This document shows, one piece after another, positions 28,829 through 38,692 of a stretch of DNA of 64,000 nucleotides. The notes under the pieces are model-generated. The model worked only from the letters and a program-made list of their open reading frames with translations, made no database searches and had not been told where the DNA came from. The translations under genes were made by a program, and so were the position numbers. This stretch comes from an uncultured Acidimicrobiia bacterium (GTDB lineage: Bacteria > Acidobacteriota > Terriglobia > Versatilivoradales > Versatilivoraceae), in contig CAWBAT010000005.1 of assembly GCA_963786955.1 (NCBI GenBank), positions 448,001 through 512,000 of the forward strand, given 5' to 3'. How positions within the stretch are numbered: position 1 is the stretch's first letter; every line of letters starts with the position of its first letter.

Positions 28829-28988
28829 CAAGGAGTAGGACGAGGCCTCTTAACCTATCGAGTTGGAGGGCGGAGCTCCGCAATGGGGGATTCCTCTTTA
28901 TAGGCCTGGCTTTTGCTGCACACCGGATCATCCGAGGGAACTGGCAACGAGTGGGAGATTCTCAACGATGAACAGAACGGCGAATGGC

Positions 28989-30734
28989 TTAGTGTTCGCT
29001 TCTGAATTGCCGGTCATTCGAAGGAATGATTCCGTTCCCTTCCTGAATTGTGAGGATCTGATTGGCAGGAACATCCTTTAACACATCAGTCTTTCCTGAA
29101 GGCCAATGAATTTCAACCTTTTCGGCTTGCTTCATCCGCCCTAAACCGAAATGAATCCTGGGATCTGACGCAGACAAATAGCTCATCCCCCCTTTAACTT
29201 GATCGAACTCGGTCTCCTCTCCAGCCGTCAATTCGATTCGTGCCCCGACTCCATCCCGGTTACTGGCCACACCAATCAATCGGAATGCCAGCCAGTTGTT
29301 GTAGTTTCCTCCATCGTTGCGGATGAGTTCCCCATGTTGTCCATTGTTGCTGACCAACAAGTCTAAATCGCCGTCGTTGTCATAGTCCCCGAGAGCCAGC
29401 CCCCGACCGACACGCGCATTCGTGAACGCGGGCCCAGCCGCCGCGCTGACATTCATGAATCGTCCGTGGTCGTTCCGGTAAAGAATTCTCTTTTCGGCAT
29501 GAAAGACATCACGCCTGAAGAGATTCACATTATCCATGACGTGCCCGTTGACAATGACCAGGTCTTGCCGGCCATCGTTATCGAAGTCAAGAAAACGCGT
29601 GCCAAATCCGCTATTGAGAACGGCGGTCCGCGCTAATCCGGAACTCATCGTATAATCGGAAAAACGCATCCCGCCGTGATTCAGATAAAGACGATTGAGT
29701 TCAAAATCGAGGTGAGTCACGTAAATATCGAGTCGTCCATCCCCGTTGAAATCAGCGGCGTCAACCCCCATTCCCGCTTCCGGAATCCCATCCTCGCTGT
29801 AGCCGGTGCCGGAAGGTAAAGTCACGTCCTCAAAGGTGCCATCGTGACGATTCCGATAGAGCAGATTGCGCACAGAATCGTTGGAGATGAAAAGGTCCAC
29901 CCAGCCGTCATTATCGAAGTCTGCAGCCACCACGCCGAGTCCCTTACAGCTTGTTGCTTGAAGCCCGGCTTGTTTGGTGACGTCGGTAAACTTGCCGTCG
30001 TGCTCATTGCGATAGAGAGCCGGGTAGACGGCATCGTAATACCTTGGGTGACAATACATTCTCTGGTCGGGCTCTCCGCAGTACTTGTTTCGAGCGTAAT
30101 CAAAATCCAGATAATTGATCACCAACAGGTCCAGAAACCCATCATTGTCATAATCCAACCAAGCGGCGCTGACTCCCCATCCTTTTGAGTTTTCGACTCC
30201 TGCCTTTTGCGTGACATCTTTGAAGGAACCCCGCTTATCGTTGTGGTATAGGGTCGACGAGGGAAACCCGGTTACGTAAAGATCCGGGAAACCGTCGTTG
30301 TCGAAGTCTCCCACGGCCGCGCCCATTCCGAAGCCAGGGTTCGTTCCCACTCCCGACTCTGAAGTCACATCCACGAAGCGTCCATTCCCCGCCGAGTGAT
30401 AGAGTGCATTTCTCAAAGGCCGAACGGGCTGATAGGCGGGTGTGGGTCCTCCATTCACAAAGAAAACATCCAGGTATCCATCCCGATCATAGTCGAGGAA
30501 AGCGCATCCAGAGCCCATGGTTTCGACTAGATATTTTTCCTTTGAAGCGGCATTGTCGTGCAGGAACTGAATTCCGGATTCCACTGTCACATCGACAAAA
30601 GTCACCCTCGGAGTTGCCTCTCGGACCTGGTCCTCCGGTTGAGCGAAAGCCCAATGTCGAATCGAGAAGAGGAAAACACTGAATAGGATAATGACTAAGA
30701 ACAGGGAATGAAAGGCCACTCGCCTTTTGTGCAT
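28989..30734 (-). CDS. CRTAC1-family protein (FG-GAP/VCBS + ASPIC/UnbV)
   Basis: Signal peptide; ETMGSGCAFLDYDRDG, EAGMGVDAADF and GGMSYLSASDPRIHFGLG. Confidence 0.9.
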   Translation of the reverse strand: MHKRRVAFHSLFLVIILFSVFLFSIRHWAFAQPEDQVREATPRVTFVDVTVESGIQFLHDNAASKEKYLVETMGSGCAFLDYDRDGYLDVFFVNGGPTPAYQPVRPLRNALYHSAGNGRFVDVTSESGVGTNPGFGMGAAVGDFDNDGFPDLYVTGFPSSTLYHNDKRGSFKDVTQKAGVENSKGWGVSAAWLDYDNDGFLDLLVINYLDFDYARNKYCGEPDQRMYCHPRYYDAVYPALYRNEHDGKFTDVTKQAGLQATSCKGLGVVAADFDNDGWVDLFISNDSVRNLLYRNRHDGTFEDVTLPSGTGYSEDGIPEAGMGVDAADFNGDGRLDIYVTHLDFELNRLYLNHGGMRFSDYTMSSGLARTAVLNSGFGTRFLDFDNDGRQDLVIVNGHVMDNVNLFRRDVFHAEKRILYRNDHGRFMNVSAAAGPAFTNARVGRGLALGDYDNDGDLDLLVSNNGQHGELIRNDGGNYNNWLAFRLIGVASNRDGVGARIELTAGEETEFDQVKGGMSYLSASDPRIHFGLGRMKQAEKVEIHWPSGKTDVLKDVPANQILTIQEGNGIIPSNDRQFRSEH

Positions 30735-30811
30735 GGGAATCTGAAAAGATTCAATCTAAAGGCTCAAATTAAGGACAGAAGGCGCAGGTTGTTAAGGCAG
30801 GGTCATGATGC

Positions 30812-31849
30812 CTATGCTAGGTGCGGCTGGGTGATCTTAAGATCGTCCTCCAGTGTACGATGCGACTGGATCCCCAACTTCTGCAAACCACCGTGATAGG
30901 CTTTGACGGCTTCCTCAGGCTGGAGTTCCCCATCGGCAATCAATCGCAAGAACCGGACGAACGTCAGTTGGTGTTCCGCATTGTTGATCTTTCGCCCAAA
31001 TAAGGCTGCCCGCGCTCCATATTTCTTAGCCTCGGCCAATAACTTGAAAGCATCGTGAGTCGTTCCCGAAGAGCCACCCAGAATTCCGGGGACGAGTGAA
31101 GGATCATATTGGACCAGGTCTTCCATGGAGCGGGGGCCATGGTAGGCAATCTTGAGGAAGACGGGGCGCCCCCGACGCGGTACTCCGGCCAACATGCGCG
31201 CAATGTGATCGTTGATGAAATGTCCAAGGAACTGGGGCTCTACAGCTCCCGGAATGACTGGATCGAATACTTCCAGAAAATGCCGCAGCCCTTTCTGTTC
31301 GGCTTCGATCCGGAAATCCCTATAAGCTTCGAGGGTCCGGTGGTCGGAATCCACCTCATTATTGAATGTTACAGAGTAGAGTGCCAGGTTGGGTCCCCGA
31401 TTCCGTTCTTCTTCTGTGCACTGGATTTTTCCGGACTGAATTTGTTCGATGGTGACCGATCGAAAGGGTCTGGAAGGGGACTGGCTGTAGCACCCACCGC
31501 GAATTACGTGAATGTCGGTCGTGTCATTGGCGCGGACTGCCACGGTCACGGGCGAATCGTCGAAGACCCTCTCCTCCAGGGCTAATATCTCGCTGCTGCT
31601 GGCCGACATCAACATAATATCGACCAAGCCTTGACGGACAATTTCACGCATTTGATCGCGAAACTCTGCCAAGCTCCTAACTCTGTCTTCTCCATCTCCT
31701 CTCCCTACAGACTTCCCCGGAGAAGCCAATCCAAAAGCCAGGTCGGCATCTTTGGCATCTGCCAAAATGAAGTCATTGGAAGCGGATGGATCTTGATTGA
31801 TATTCTTCAGTTTGAGATCAAGACTCTTTTGCATTTTTTTGCGATTCAC
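30812..31849 (-). CDS. Conserved hypothetical protein, predicted class I aldolase-like TIM barrel (alternative start ATG 31834)
   Basis: Long clean ORF; FLEVF, FLKIAY (putative Schiff-base Lys), ILGG and GARAALFGRKI resemble DhnA/LsrF-type barrel motifs. Confidence 0.6.
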   Translation of the reverse strand: MNRKKMQKSLDLKLKNINQDPSASNDFILADAKDADLAFGLASPGKSVGRGDGEDRVRSLAEFRDQMREIVRQGLVDIMLMSASSSEILALEERVFDDSPVTVAVRANDTTDIHVIRGGCYSQSPSRPFRSVTIEQIQSGKIQCTEEERNRGPNLALYSVTFNNEVDSDHRTLEAYRDFRIEAEQKGLRHFLEVFDPVIPGAVEPQFLGHFINDHIARMLAGVPRRGRPVFLKIAYHGPRSMEDLVQYDPSLVPGILGGSSGTTHDAFKLLAEAKKYGARAALFGRKINNAEHQLTFVRFLRLIADGELQPEEAVKAYHGGLQKLGIQSHRTLEDDLKITQPHLA

Positions 31850-31854
31850 CTCAA

Positions 31855-31925
31855 GTAGGGGCGAAGCATTCGTCGGTATAAAAGAGGATATTCTTGATAG
31901 GCGAAATTGAATGCTTCGCCCCTAC
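31855..31925. repeat. REP doublet (GTAGGGGCGAAGCATTC family)
   Basis: Perfect 17-bp inverted repeats at 31855-31871 and 31909-31925. Confidence 0.75.
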
Positions 31926-32267
31926 AGCAAAAAACCTTCGCAATCTCCGCCGGCAGTTTTCTGCAAACCTACGTGGCTGTCAAGCAGATTTCTCTGCGCC
32001 TGTTACCCAAAGATCTGTCAGTACTCCCGTTCAACCATTACTCCAGCAGAATGACTTTGACGTCCTGATGGGGGAACTTCAACGTTAAGAGTATTCATTT
32101 CCGGGGGGATTTCTTTAAGCGCATAAACGTCCACTGCCCGGTAAAAGGAGATGAGGACTTCGATGACACCCCTTTGATCTTGGATACGATCGTTAAATCC
32201 AGCAAGCAATCTGCGCGTTGGCCCTTCAATCGGACGCGGGCGAAGTTCCAAGGTCACTCGCGACCGG

Positions 32268-32478
32268 GAAGGTGTAAAGGAATTAAGTTTTGGTTCACGT
32301 CCTTAGCTTAGGAGGGGGCAGGGGAAGGTCTGGTAGGGCGCGCACTCCGTGCGCGCCGCCATGCCCGAACTGGAGTCGGCGGTCTCAGCGAGACCGCCCT
32401 GCCTTACTCCCTAGAGTCTTCCCTGAACCACGGGGGACGATCAAAGAGCGACACCAAACCCAATTCTTTCAAAACTTC
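32268..32478. mobile_element. 211-bp MITE-like insertion with internal REP doublet
   Basis: Absent from the intact paralog; ~27-bp imperfect TIRs (GAAGGTGTAAAGGAATT.. / ..AATTCTTTCAAAACTTC); flanking CGG (or CCGGG) duplication. Confidence 0.75.
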
Positions 32479-32615
32479 CGGGCAACGGGCGTCTTGAGTG
32501 CCTGGGGTAATTCAATCCCAAGCGTCACACCCCGCGAATATCGACCCACCCAAACGGGTTCCCAGATCACACACTCTGCCCTTACCGACCTGTTTCGTGC
32601 GGCCATCAACGATTA

Positions 32616-32750
32616 CTTAGTACTGCTTTTCATAAATACGGTGACGTTAACGCCGGGTCGGTGACCCGGCCTACAACTTTGTAGGCCGCGTGCCCCCACG
32701 CGGCGCCTATCCTTAAGATACGTCACCGTAATTACGAATAGCGTACTAAG
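32616..32750. mobile_element. MITE/REPIN-like element, copy 2
   Basis: Same length and nearly the same sequence as 28694..28828. Confidence 0.8.
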
Positions 32751-33011
32751 AAAATCTCCGGTGGGTTGAGTCGGGTTCATAAGGCAGATAGAAGAAGTTG
32801 ATCAATTTGTTGATTATGGATCACCCGTTTCGATCGTGAATTTAGAGCCTCCAGCCAAGATATAATCCAATTTTTCGTATCCATATCTAAAAGTTCGTAG
32901 AAACCAACCTTAAAAGCGTACTTTCAGTCTTAAGTTTCCCAGGGAAAGAGAAATTTTAACTGGTTTTATTTGTTATAACTAAAGTCCTATTGCCTAATTT
33001 GTTCAAAAGAA

Positions 33012-33027
33012 TGGAACAAGGATTGCT
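33012..33027 (+). promoter_or_regulatory. Candidate sigma-54 promoter of the TonB receptor gene
   Basis: TGGAACAAGGATTGCT fits TGGCAC-N5-TTGCW with exact GG-N10-GC spacing, in an AT-rich upstream region. Confidence 0.5.
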
Positions 33028-33156
33028 GACAATACACAACTGTGACAATTACACGTTTGTGTCGGGTGTCGCGGTAATCGTTGCACCTTCCTTTTGGTTG
33101 AGCGTACAAAGTTAAAAAATGATTAACTATCTTCAGAAGAATATGGAGAGCATAAC

Positions 33157-36100
33157 ATGAAGAAAGCGTCTTGCCTCATAGCGGTAGCTTTGGTGGTAGC
33201 CCTTTTGACTGCAGTACCGATGCCGGCTCAAACGTCCTTTGGAAGTATCACCGGTCTCATACGGGATTCTTCCGGTGCCGTCATGCCCGGGGTTGCAATT
33301 ACCGTGACAAATGATAAGACCGGGACGAGCCGGACAGCCACTTCCGATGCCAACGGGAATTATAATGTTCCCTCGCTCCTCCCCGCTGTCTATTCGGTGA
33401 GCGCCGAACTGAAGGGGTTTAAGAAAGCTGTCACTACCGGAGCTACGCTCGAGGTGAACCAGACCTTGCGTGTCGACTTGACGATGGAAGTCGGTGAAGT
33501 GTCTCAAACCGTTGAAGTTCAGGCGGAAGCCCCGCTGCTTCAAAGCGAATCTTCAACAGTTGGAACGGTCATCGAAAACAAGCAGGTGGTGGAACTGCCT
33601 CTCAATGGTCGAAGCTTTACGGAACTCACCTACCTGGTTCCAGGCGGTGTCCGTCAGTCCACCGGGATCTTCCAGCAATCTGGCACTCGCGTCTCGGTCA
33701 GCGGAGCCCGTTCTGAGGATAACAACTATACGCTCGACGGGGTCAACAATAACGAAACCTTCTTCAAAGCCTATGGCGTGCAGCCCTCGATTGACGCGAT
33801 TGCGGAATTCAAGATCCAGACCAACATCACTTCTGCTGAATTCGGTTCGGCTGCCGGCGCCAACATCAACGTCGCCACGAAGTCTGGAACGAATGCGATT
33901 CACGGCGGTGCCTGGGAATTCCTCCGCAACAACGTTTTCGACGCAAACAATTTCTTCGACAACAAAGCCGGTGTAAACAAGCCCCAATTTAAGCAGAACC
34001 AGTTCGGGGCGCAAGCCGGAGGGCCGATCATGAAGAATAAGGCCTTCTGGTTCTTTAATTACGAAGGCTATCGCTTCCGCAGAGGTGCAAACTCATTGGG
34101 AACCATCCCCACTCCGGCGATGTTTGCCGGAGACCTGCGTTTTGATGAGACCGGGAAGCCGGGACTACCGATCTATGATCCGGCGACAACGCGGATAGAA
34201 AACGGCAAAGTGGTTCGGGATCCTTTCCCCAATAATATTATTCCGACTAACCGGCTTGATCCGATCATGCAGTCGTATATCCAACTGTTCTATCCTGCAC
34301 CCAACTTGTCAGGGCAGACCCAAAACTTGATCAACGGGCAGTCCAATTCTCTGGATTGGAACCAGTATATAGGGCGAGTCGACTACAAGATCAACGACAA
34401 TAATACCTTATTCGGCCGTTGGGCTAATAATCTCTCTAATGCAGCCACAGCTCGTCCGCTCAGTCCGACCAGCTTACAAAAAAATAGTTTTACAAACCTC
34501 ATGGTTAGTGACACCCAATTGTTTGGTCCAACGACGGTATTGGACCTCAAGTTTTCGTATCACCGGAATCACCTGCAGATTGCTGACACCAGTCCAAGCG
34601 ATTATGCCACCATTCAGCAGTGGATCAATACAACCGGGATTCAGGGAATTGTCATAAAAAACGCCAATGTCCCCTTGTACCCGCAGTTTTTTATTTCTGG
34701 GTACACCAATCCCAACCAGGATGGTTATCCGTTTCCTGACGACACGATGCAAGCTCTGGTCAACCTGAGCAAATCTAAGGGCAGGCACTATATGAAATTC
34801 GGAATGGATTACCAGAACCGCCGCAATTTTGACGACGGATTATTCTCAGCCAACGTCGATTTTTTAAAAGCGCCAACCGAGGATCCACAGAATATAGGGG
34901 GGACCGGGCAGGCCGTAGCTTCTTATATTCTTGGTTTGCCGACGAACGCCCTGAGAAACATTGGCAATACGGGTGTCCATATGCGCTGGAGCGGCTTTTA
35001 TTTTTACGCTCAGGATGACATTCACGTGAATGCCAAACTGACCATTAACCTTGGGCTAAGATACGACTACACCCAGTGGCCACGCGACCGCGACAATAAT
35101 CTGGGATCTCAGGATAACCGGACTGGGGAATACCTCTGGGCCGGCCAAAACCTCATCACGGGACAAGCACCCAACGTCTTCCCCACGGTCATTTATCCGG
35201 ATAAGAACAATTTTGCTCCAAGGATCGGGATGGCTTATCTCTTGAACCCCACAACGACCATTCGAGCCGGTTATGGCATGTTCTATAACACCAACTTCCT
35301 CTGGGAAGCTCAGGGTATTCGGGGAAATTGGCCATACTCCATCAGTGAAACTTTCTCCAACATGAACCAAGGCGCTAACCTTACATATATCAAGACGGCC
35401 TTCCCAACCTATACCTCCGTTTACCCCGGCGCGCCTGTGCCACCTAGTGCACAGCACATTGCGGACCGCAATCGGCGGGTGAGTTACATGCAACAGTTTA
35501 ACGTACACCTCCAAAAACAAGTGGCTGGGAATATCGTTCTTGAAGCCGGATATGTTGGCACCTTTGGTTCAAAAGCCTCGATTTTCGCCAATTTCAACAC
35601 AGCGCAACCGGGACCCGGGCCTGTCCAGCCTCGCCGGCCATACCAGAATAATAACGCTGTAAGCTTGATGACCGACATTGCCAGTTCGAATTACAACGGC
35701 GCGCAGTTCAAGGCGGAGAAGCGCTTCTCGTCTGGGTTGTCCTTCATGGGAACCTACACCTTCAGCCGTATGATCAACACCGGTGGAGACGGCTTCTCAC
35801 TGAGCTCTTCCCCGCAGAATCCGGATTGCCTCGAGTGCGATAAAGCCCTTTCAGCCTTCTACCACAAGAACATCTGGGCGATGAATTGGGTTTACGAACT
35901 GCCCTTCGGAAAAGGCAAGAAGTTTGGGTCAGGATCTAACGCAGTTGGAAACCAAGTCATTGGCGGATGGCAGATCAATGGGATCTGGACATGGGGCTCA
36001 GGTGCACCGGTGAATGTGCAAATCCCGCGCGATATCGCTAATATTGGAGCCCGCTCTATAGGCCAGCGGCCAAATGTGAATGGGAATCCCAATATAGGCA

Positions 36101-36402
36101 ATCAAACCATTCAGAATTGGTTTAACACGGACGTCTTCAGCGAACCTGCACCTTACACGTACGGGAACGCCGGAAGAAATATCGTCCAGGGTCCCGGCTA
36201 CCAATACTGGACCTTGGGCGTCTTCAAGAACTTCTGGATCAAGGAAAATTATCACATCCAGTTCCGGGCCGAGTTCTTTAACGCCTTTAACCATGCGAAC
36301 TTTAACAATCCGGATGGGAATTTCGACTCGCCCACATTCGGGCAAGTTCTTGGATCCGACTATGCCCGCCAGATTCAGTTCGGATTGAAGTTCAACTTCT
36401 AA
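33157..36402 (+). CDS. TonB-dependent receptor with N-terminal carboxypeptidase-regulatory-like domain (Oar-like)
   Basis: Signal peptide; GSITG..DSSGAV.PG, LPLNGR, EFKIQT..SAEFG, TKSGTN, NNFAPRIG and C-terminal RQIQFGLKFNF. Confidence 0.93.
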   Translation: MKKASCLIAVALVVALLTAVPMPAQTSFGSITGLIRDSSGAVMPGVAITVTNDKTGTSRTATSDANGNYNVPSLLPAVYSVSAELKGFKKAVTTGATLEVNQTLRVDLTMEVGEVSQTVEVQAEAPLLQSESSTVGTVIENKQVVELPLNGRSFTELTYLVPGGVRQSTGIFQQSGTRVSVSGARSEDNNYTLDGVNNNETFFKAYGVQPSIDAIAEFKIQTNITSAEFGSAAGANINVATKSGTNAIHGGAWEFLRNNVFDANNFFDNKAGVNKPQFKQNQFGAQAGGPIMKNKAFWFFNYEGYRFRRGANSLGTIPTPAMFAGDLRFDETGKPGLPIYDPATTRIENGKVVRDPFPNNIIPTNRLDPIMQSYIQLFYPAPNLSGQTQNLINGQSNSLDWNQYIGRVDYKINDNNTLFGRWANNLSNAATARPLSPTSLQKNSFTNLMVSDTQLFGPTTVLDLKFSYHRNHLQIADTSPSDYATIQQWINTTGIQGIVIKNANVPLYPQFFISGYTNPNQDGYPFPDDTMQALVNLSKSKGRHYMKFGMDYQNRRNFDDGLFSANVDFLKAPTEDPQNIGGTGQAVASYILGLPTNALRNIGNTGVHMRWSGFYFYAQDDIHVNAKLTINLGLRYDYTQWPRDRDNNLGSQDNRTGEYLWAGQNLITGQAPNVFPTVIYPDKNNFAPRIGMAYLLNPTTTIRAGYGMFYNTNFLWEAQGIRGNWPYSISETFSNMNQGANLTYIKTAFPTYTSVYPGAPVPPSAQHIADRNRRVSYMQQFNVHLQKQVAGNIVLEAGYVGTFGSKASIFANFNTAQPGPGPVQPRRPYQNNNAVSLMTDIASSNYNGAQFKAEKRFSSGLSFMGTYTFSRMINTGGDGFSLSSSPQNPDCLECDKALSAFYHKNIWAMNWVYELPFGKGKKFGSGSNAVGNQVIGGWQINGIWTWGSGAPVNVQIPRDIANIGARSIGQRPNVNGNPNIGNQTIQNWFNTDVFSEPAPYTYGNAGRNIVQGPGYQYWTLGVFKNFWIKENYHIQFRAEFFNAFNHANFNNPDGNFDSPTFGQVLGSDYARQIQFGLKFNF

Positions 36403-36425
36403 GGAAATCTTCTTTTTCTCTCAAA

Positions 36426-36455
36426 GGGGGCCATTTCGGTGGTCCCCTTTTTTTT
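36426..36455 (+). terminator. Rho-independent terminator
   Basis: GGGGGCCAT-TTCG-GTGGTCCCC followed by a T-run. Confidence 0.85.
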
Positions 36456-36544
36456 GTCTAAATTAGACTCACATCATGGCCTAAAATAGATAAGGTACTA
36501 TTGCTGTCTCGTCATCTGTTACTTGCAATCGAAGGGTCGTCTTT

Positions 36545-38692
36545 TTGAATCCATTGAGTCTTACAGAATCCTGTCAACATCACCATTCAACCAATACCTC
36601 CTCCTGGATCAGGCGTGGGTGGAAGAAATCGAAGTTGCTTGATCTAAGTGACCCATTGGGTAGGGCGGTTTCGCTGAAACCGCCGTTGAAGGGTGAAATC
36701 CTGGTTTCTGAACGTCCGCAGAGCGCCCGCTGCCCCCTGGCAATTGGCGGTAGACCCCAAAAGATAGAAGACAGCCAAAACCTCATACCCGGCGGTCTCG
36801 GCGAGACCGCCCTACCCTGCCCCGCTCCGCACTGGTTTCGAGAGATTTCGATTTTTTCGTGGCTCAGAGTAAATTTCGGCGGGGTATCTTCGCGCTTAGC
36901 CTTACCGAATGCGTTTCTGCTCTTCGTCTTTCCCATGCTCCTCTTTGTCCAGCCTGCTTTTGCTTCGTTTCAGATTCCGGCTATGACACCAGAGGTTGAG
37001 GAGCAACTCAGAATTGCCCAAGAGGCTGAGAAAAGTAAGGATTACGAACGGTCTGCTGGAGCCTACAAGAAGATACTCAAGGTTCAGCCGAAATGGGCCT
37101 TGATTCACCAAAGTCTCGGGGTTGTCAACCATCTCCAGAACAGGTATCCGGAAGCGATCTCGTCATTTGAAATAGCGTTGAAGCTAGACCCAACGCTCTG
37201 GGGTTCTTACCTTTTCCTGGGGATGGACTACTACCGGATCAATCAATTCTCGAGGGCTATTCCAGCACTTCAGAAGGCACTTCAGCTTAATGCCGAGATG
37301 GCGGAGATGGAAGCCCATTTCTGGTTGGGTTCCTGTTTTCTGGCACTGGAACAGTTTGACAAGGCCATTGAGCAATTTCAGCGGCTGGTCGAACTGAAAC
37401 CCCGCGACCTCGAGGCACTTTATTATTTATCGCAAACCTACAGTCGCTATTCTTCAGCGCTGTTCAAGAAAATTGGCGACATCAACAAAGAATCGCCGGA
37501 GGCCCACCGCCTTCAGGGAGAATGGTACGTTTCACAGGGGAAATTGGATCAGGCCATTGATCAGTATCAGCAGGTAGCTGGCTTGCGCCCTCAGTGGGAA
37601 GGGGTTCATTTGGAATTGAGTAATCTCTTCCTGAAACAGGAAAATTTAACGAAGGCCTCCCAGGAACTGGAAAATGAGCTGAAGATTTCCCCAAACGATA
37701 AAACTGTACAGCTTCAACTTTCAGCCATTAGGGCCAAACTTCCCAAGAACCCAAATCAATCTTCGGAGCCGAAGCTCCATTCTGATGAATCCAGCGTTGA
37801 TCCTCTTCTTTCGGGTCCCTCTACTCCCAGTGGCCCAATCAATTCAAGTTCCGAGGGACTCTTGAAATTTAGGGAGAAGAACTTCCCAGAAGCCAAAGAA
37901 CTTTTCCTCCGCGATCTACGTCAAAGTCCTGGGGACCCGATAGCTCAGCTTTACCTGGGACGGACGTTCTTCGGACTGGGAGACTACCAGGAAGCCATCG
38001 AGACGCTCCAAAAACTGAGAACTGCGTCAAGGGAGGATCTCGAAACCCTTTACTGGCTAGGGAAAGCCTACCAGGAAACGGCGGCGGCGACCCTTCAGCG
38101 GATGATTGATATCAACTCGGGTTCCTATCGGGTTTATCAGATGTCAGGAGAATTGCTTGAAGAGAAAATGCGCTATGCGGAAGCCCTGAAGGCCTATCAA
38201 AGTGCTCTCAAACTCTCTCCCGATCTGGCAGGAATCCGATTTGCAATCGGCAACGTCTATTGGAAGATGCAGCAGTTAGATGAGGCGCTCACCTGGCTCA
38301 AAGAAGAATTGGCCCGCAACCCATTCCACTCCATGGCGAACTTCAAGGTGGGCAGTATTTACCAGTCGAAAGCTTCCCCTGACTTAGCCATTCCTTTCTT
38401 AGAGAGTGCCATTCAGGCCAACCCTGGACTAATGGTCGCTCAACAAGAATTGGGGAAAGCCTACTTGAGTCAGGGACGAAATCAAGAGGCTATAGAGCGG
38501 TTTAAAGTAGTCAGGGATGCCGATCCGCAAGATGATTCCATTCATTACATACTGGCAGGGGCCTACAAGAAGGCCGGGCAGACCGCAGAGGCCAACGCAG
38601 AACTCAAGATTTTCGGCCAGCTTCGCCAGAAAAAGGCAGAGAGTGACCGGCTGTACTTAGAAAAGAAGCTCAGTAAGAAGCAGGAGAAATGA
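36545..38692 (+). CDS. Exported TPR protein (start uncertain; leader contains a repeat element)
   Basis: Many TPR units (LG..Y...A...L...P); hydrophobic segment FLLFVFPMLLFVQPAFA. Confidence 0.85.
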   Translation: MNPLSLTESCQHHHSTNTSSWIRRGWKKSKLLDLSDPLGRAVSLKPPLKGEILVSERPQSARCPLAIGGRPQKIEDSQNLIPGGLGETALPCPAPHWFREISIFSWLRVNFGGVSSRLALPNAFLLFVFPMLLFVQPAFASFQIPAMTPEVEEQLRIAQEAEKSKDYERSAGAYKKILKVQPKWALIHQSLGVVNHLQNRYPEAISSFEIALKLDPTLWGSYLFLGMDYYRINQFSRAIPALQKALQLNAEMAEMEAHFWLGSCFLALEQFDKAIEQFQRLVELKPRDLEALYYLSQTYSRYSSALFKKIGDINKESPEAHRLQGEWYVSQGKLDQAIDQYQQVAGLRPQWEGVHLELSNLFLKQENLTKASQELENELKISPNDKTVQLQLSAIRAKLPKNPNQSSEPKLHSDESSVDPLLSGPSTPSGPINSSSEGLLKFREKNFPEAKELFLRDLRQSPGDPIAQLYLGRTFFGLGDYQEAIETLQKLRTASREDLETLYWLGKAYQETAAATLQRMIDINSGSYRVYQMSGELLEEKMRYAEALKAYQSALKLSPDLAGIRFAIGNVYWKMQQLDEALTWLKEELARNPFHSMANFKVGSIYQSKASPDLAIPFLESAIQANPGLMVAQQELGKAYLSQGRNQEAIERFKVVRDADPQDDSIHYILAGAYKKAGQTAEANAELKIFGQLRQKKAESDRLYLEKKLSKKQEK
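36622..36858. mobile_element. 237-bp MITE-like element with REP doublet, in frame within the TPR ORF
   Basis: Ends GAAGAAATCGAA / TTCGATTTTTTC flanked by GTG...GTG; inner GGTAGGGCGGTTTCGCTGAAACCGCC...GGCGGTCTCGGCGAGACCGCCCTACC (36659-36816). Confidence 0.55.

Larger units (their letters stand above)
32038..32775 (-). pseudogene. Remnant of the 3' end of a GH42 gene (paralog of 42255..44543), interrupted by two insertions
   Basis: DNA aligns by eye with 42255-~42645 (e.g. TACTCCAGCAGAAT..CTTTGAC.TCCTGATGGGG; ACACTCTGCCCTT.CCGACCTGTTTC). Peptide LRPRPIEGPTRRLL vs LRPRLIEGPKRSLL. Confidence 0.85.

Noticed and set aside
32018-32664. ORFs 32018..32257 and 32290..32664 as real genes
   Set aside because: They are explained by the GH42 remnant and the inserted repeat elements.
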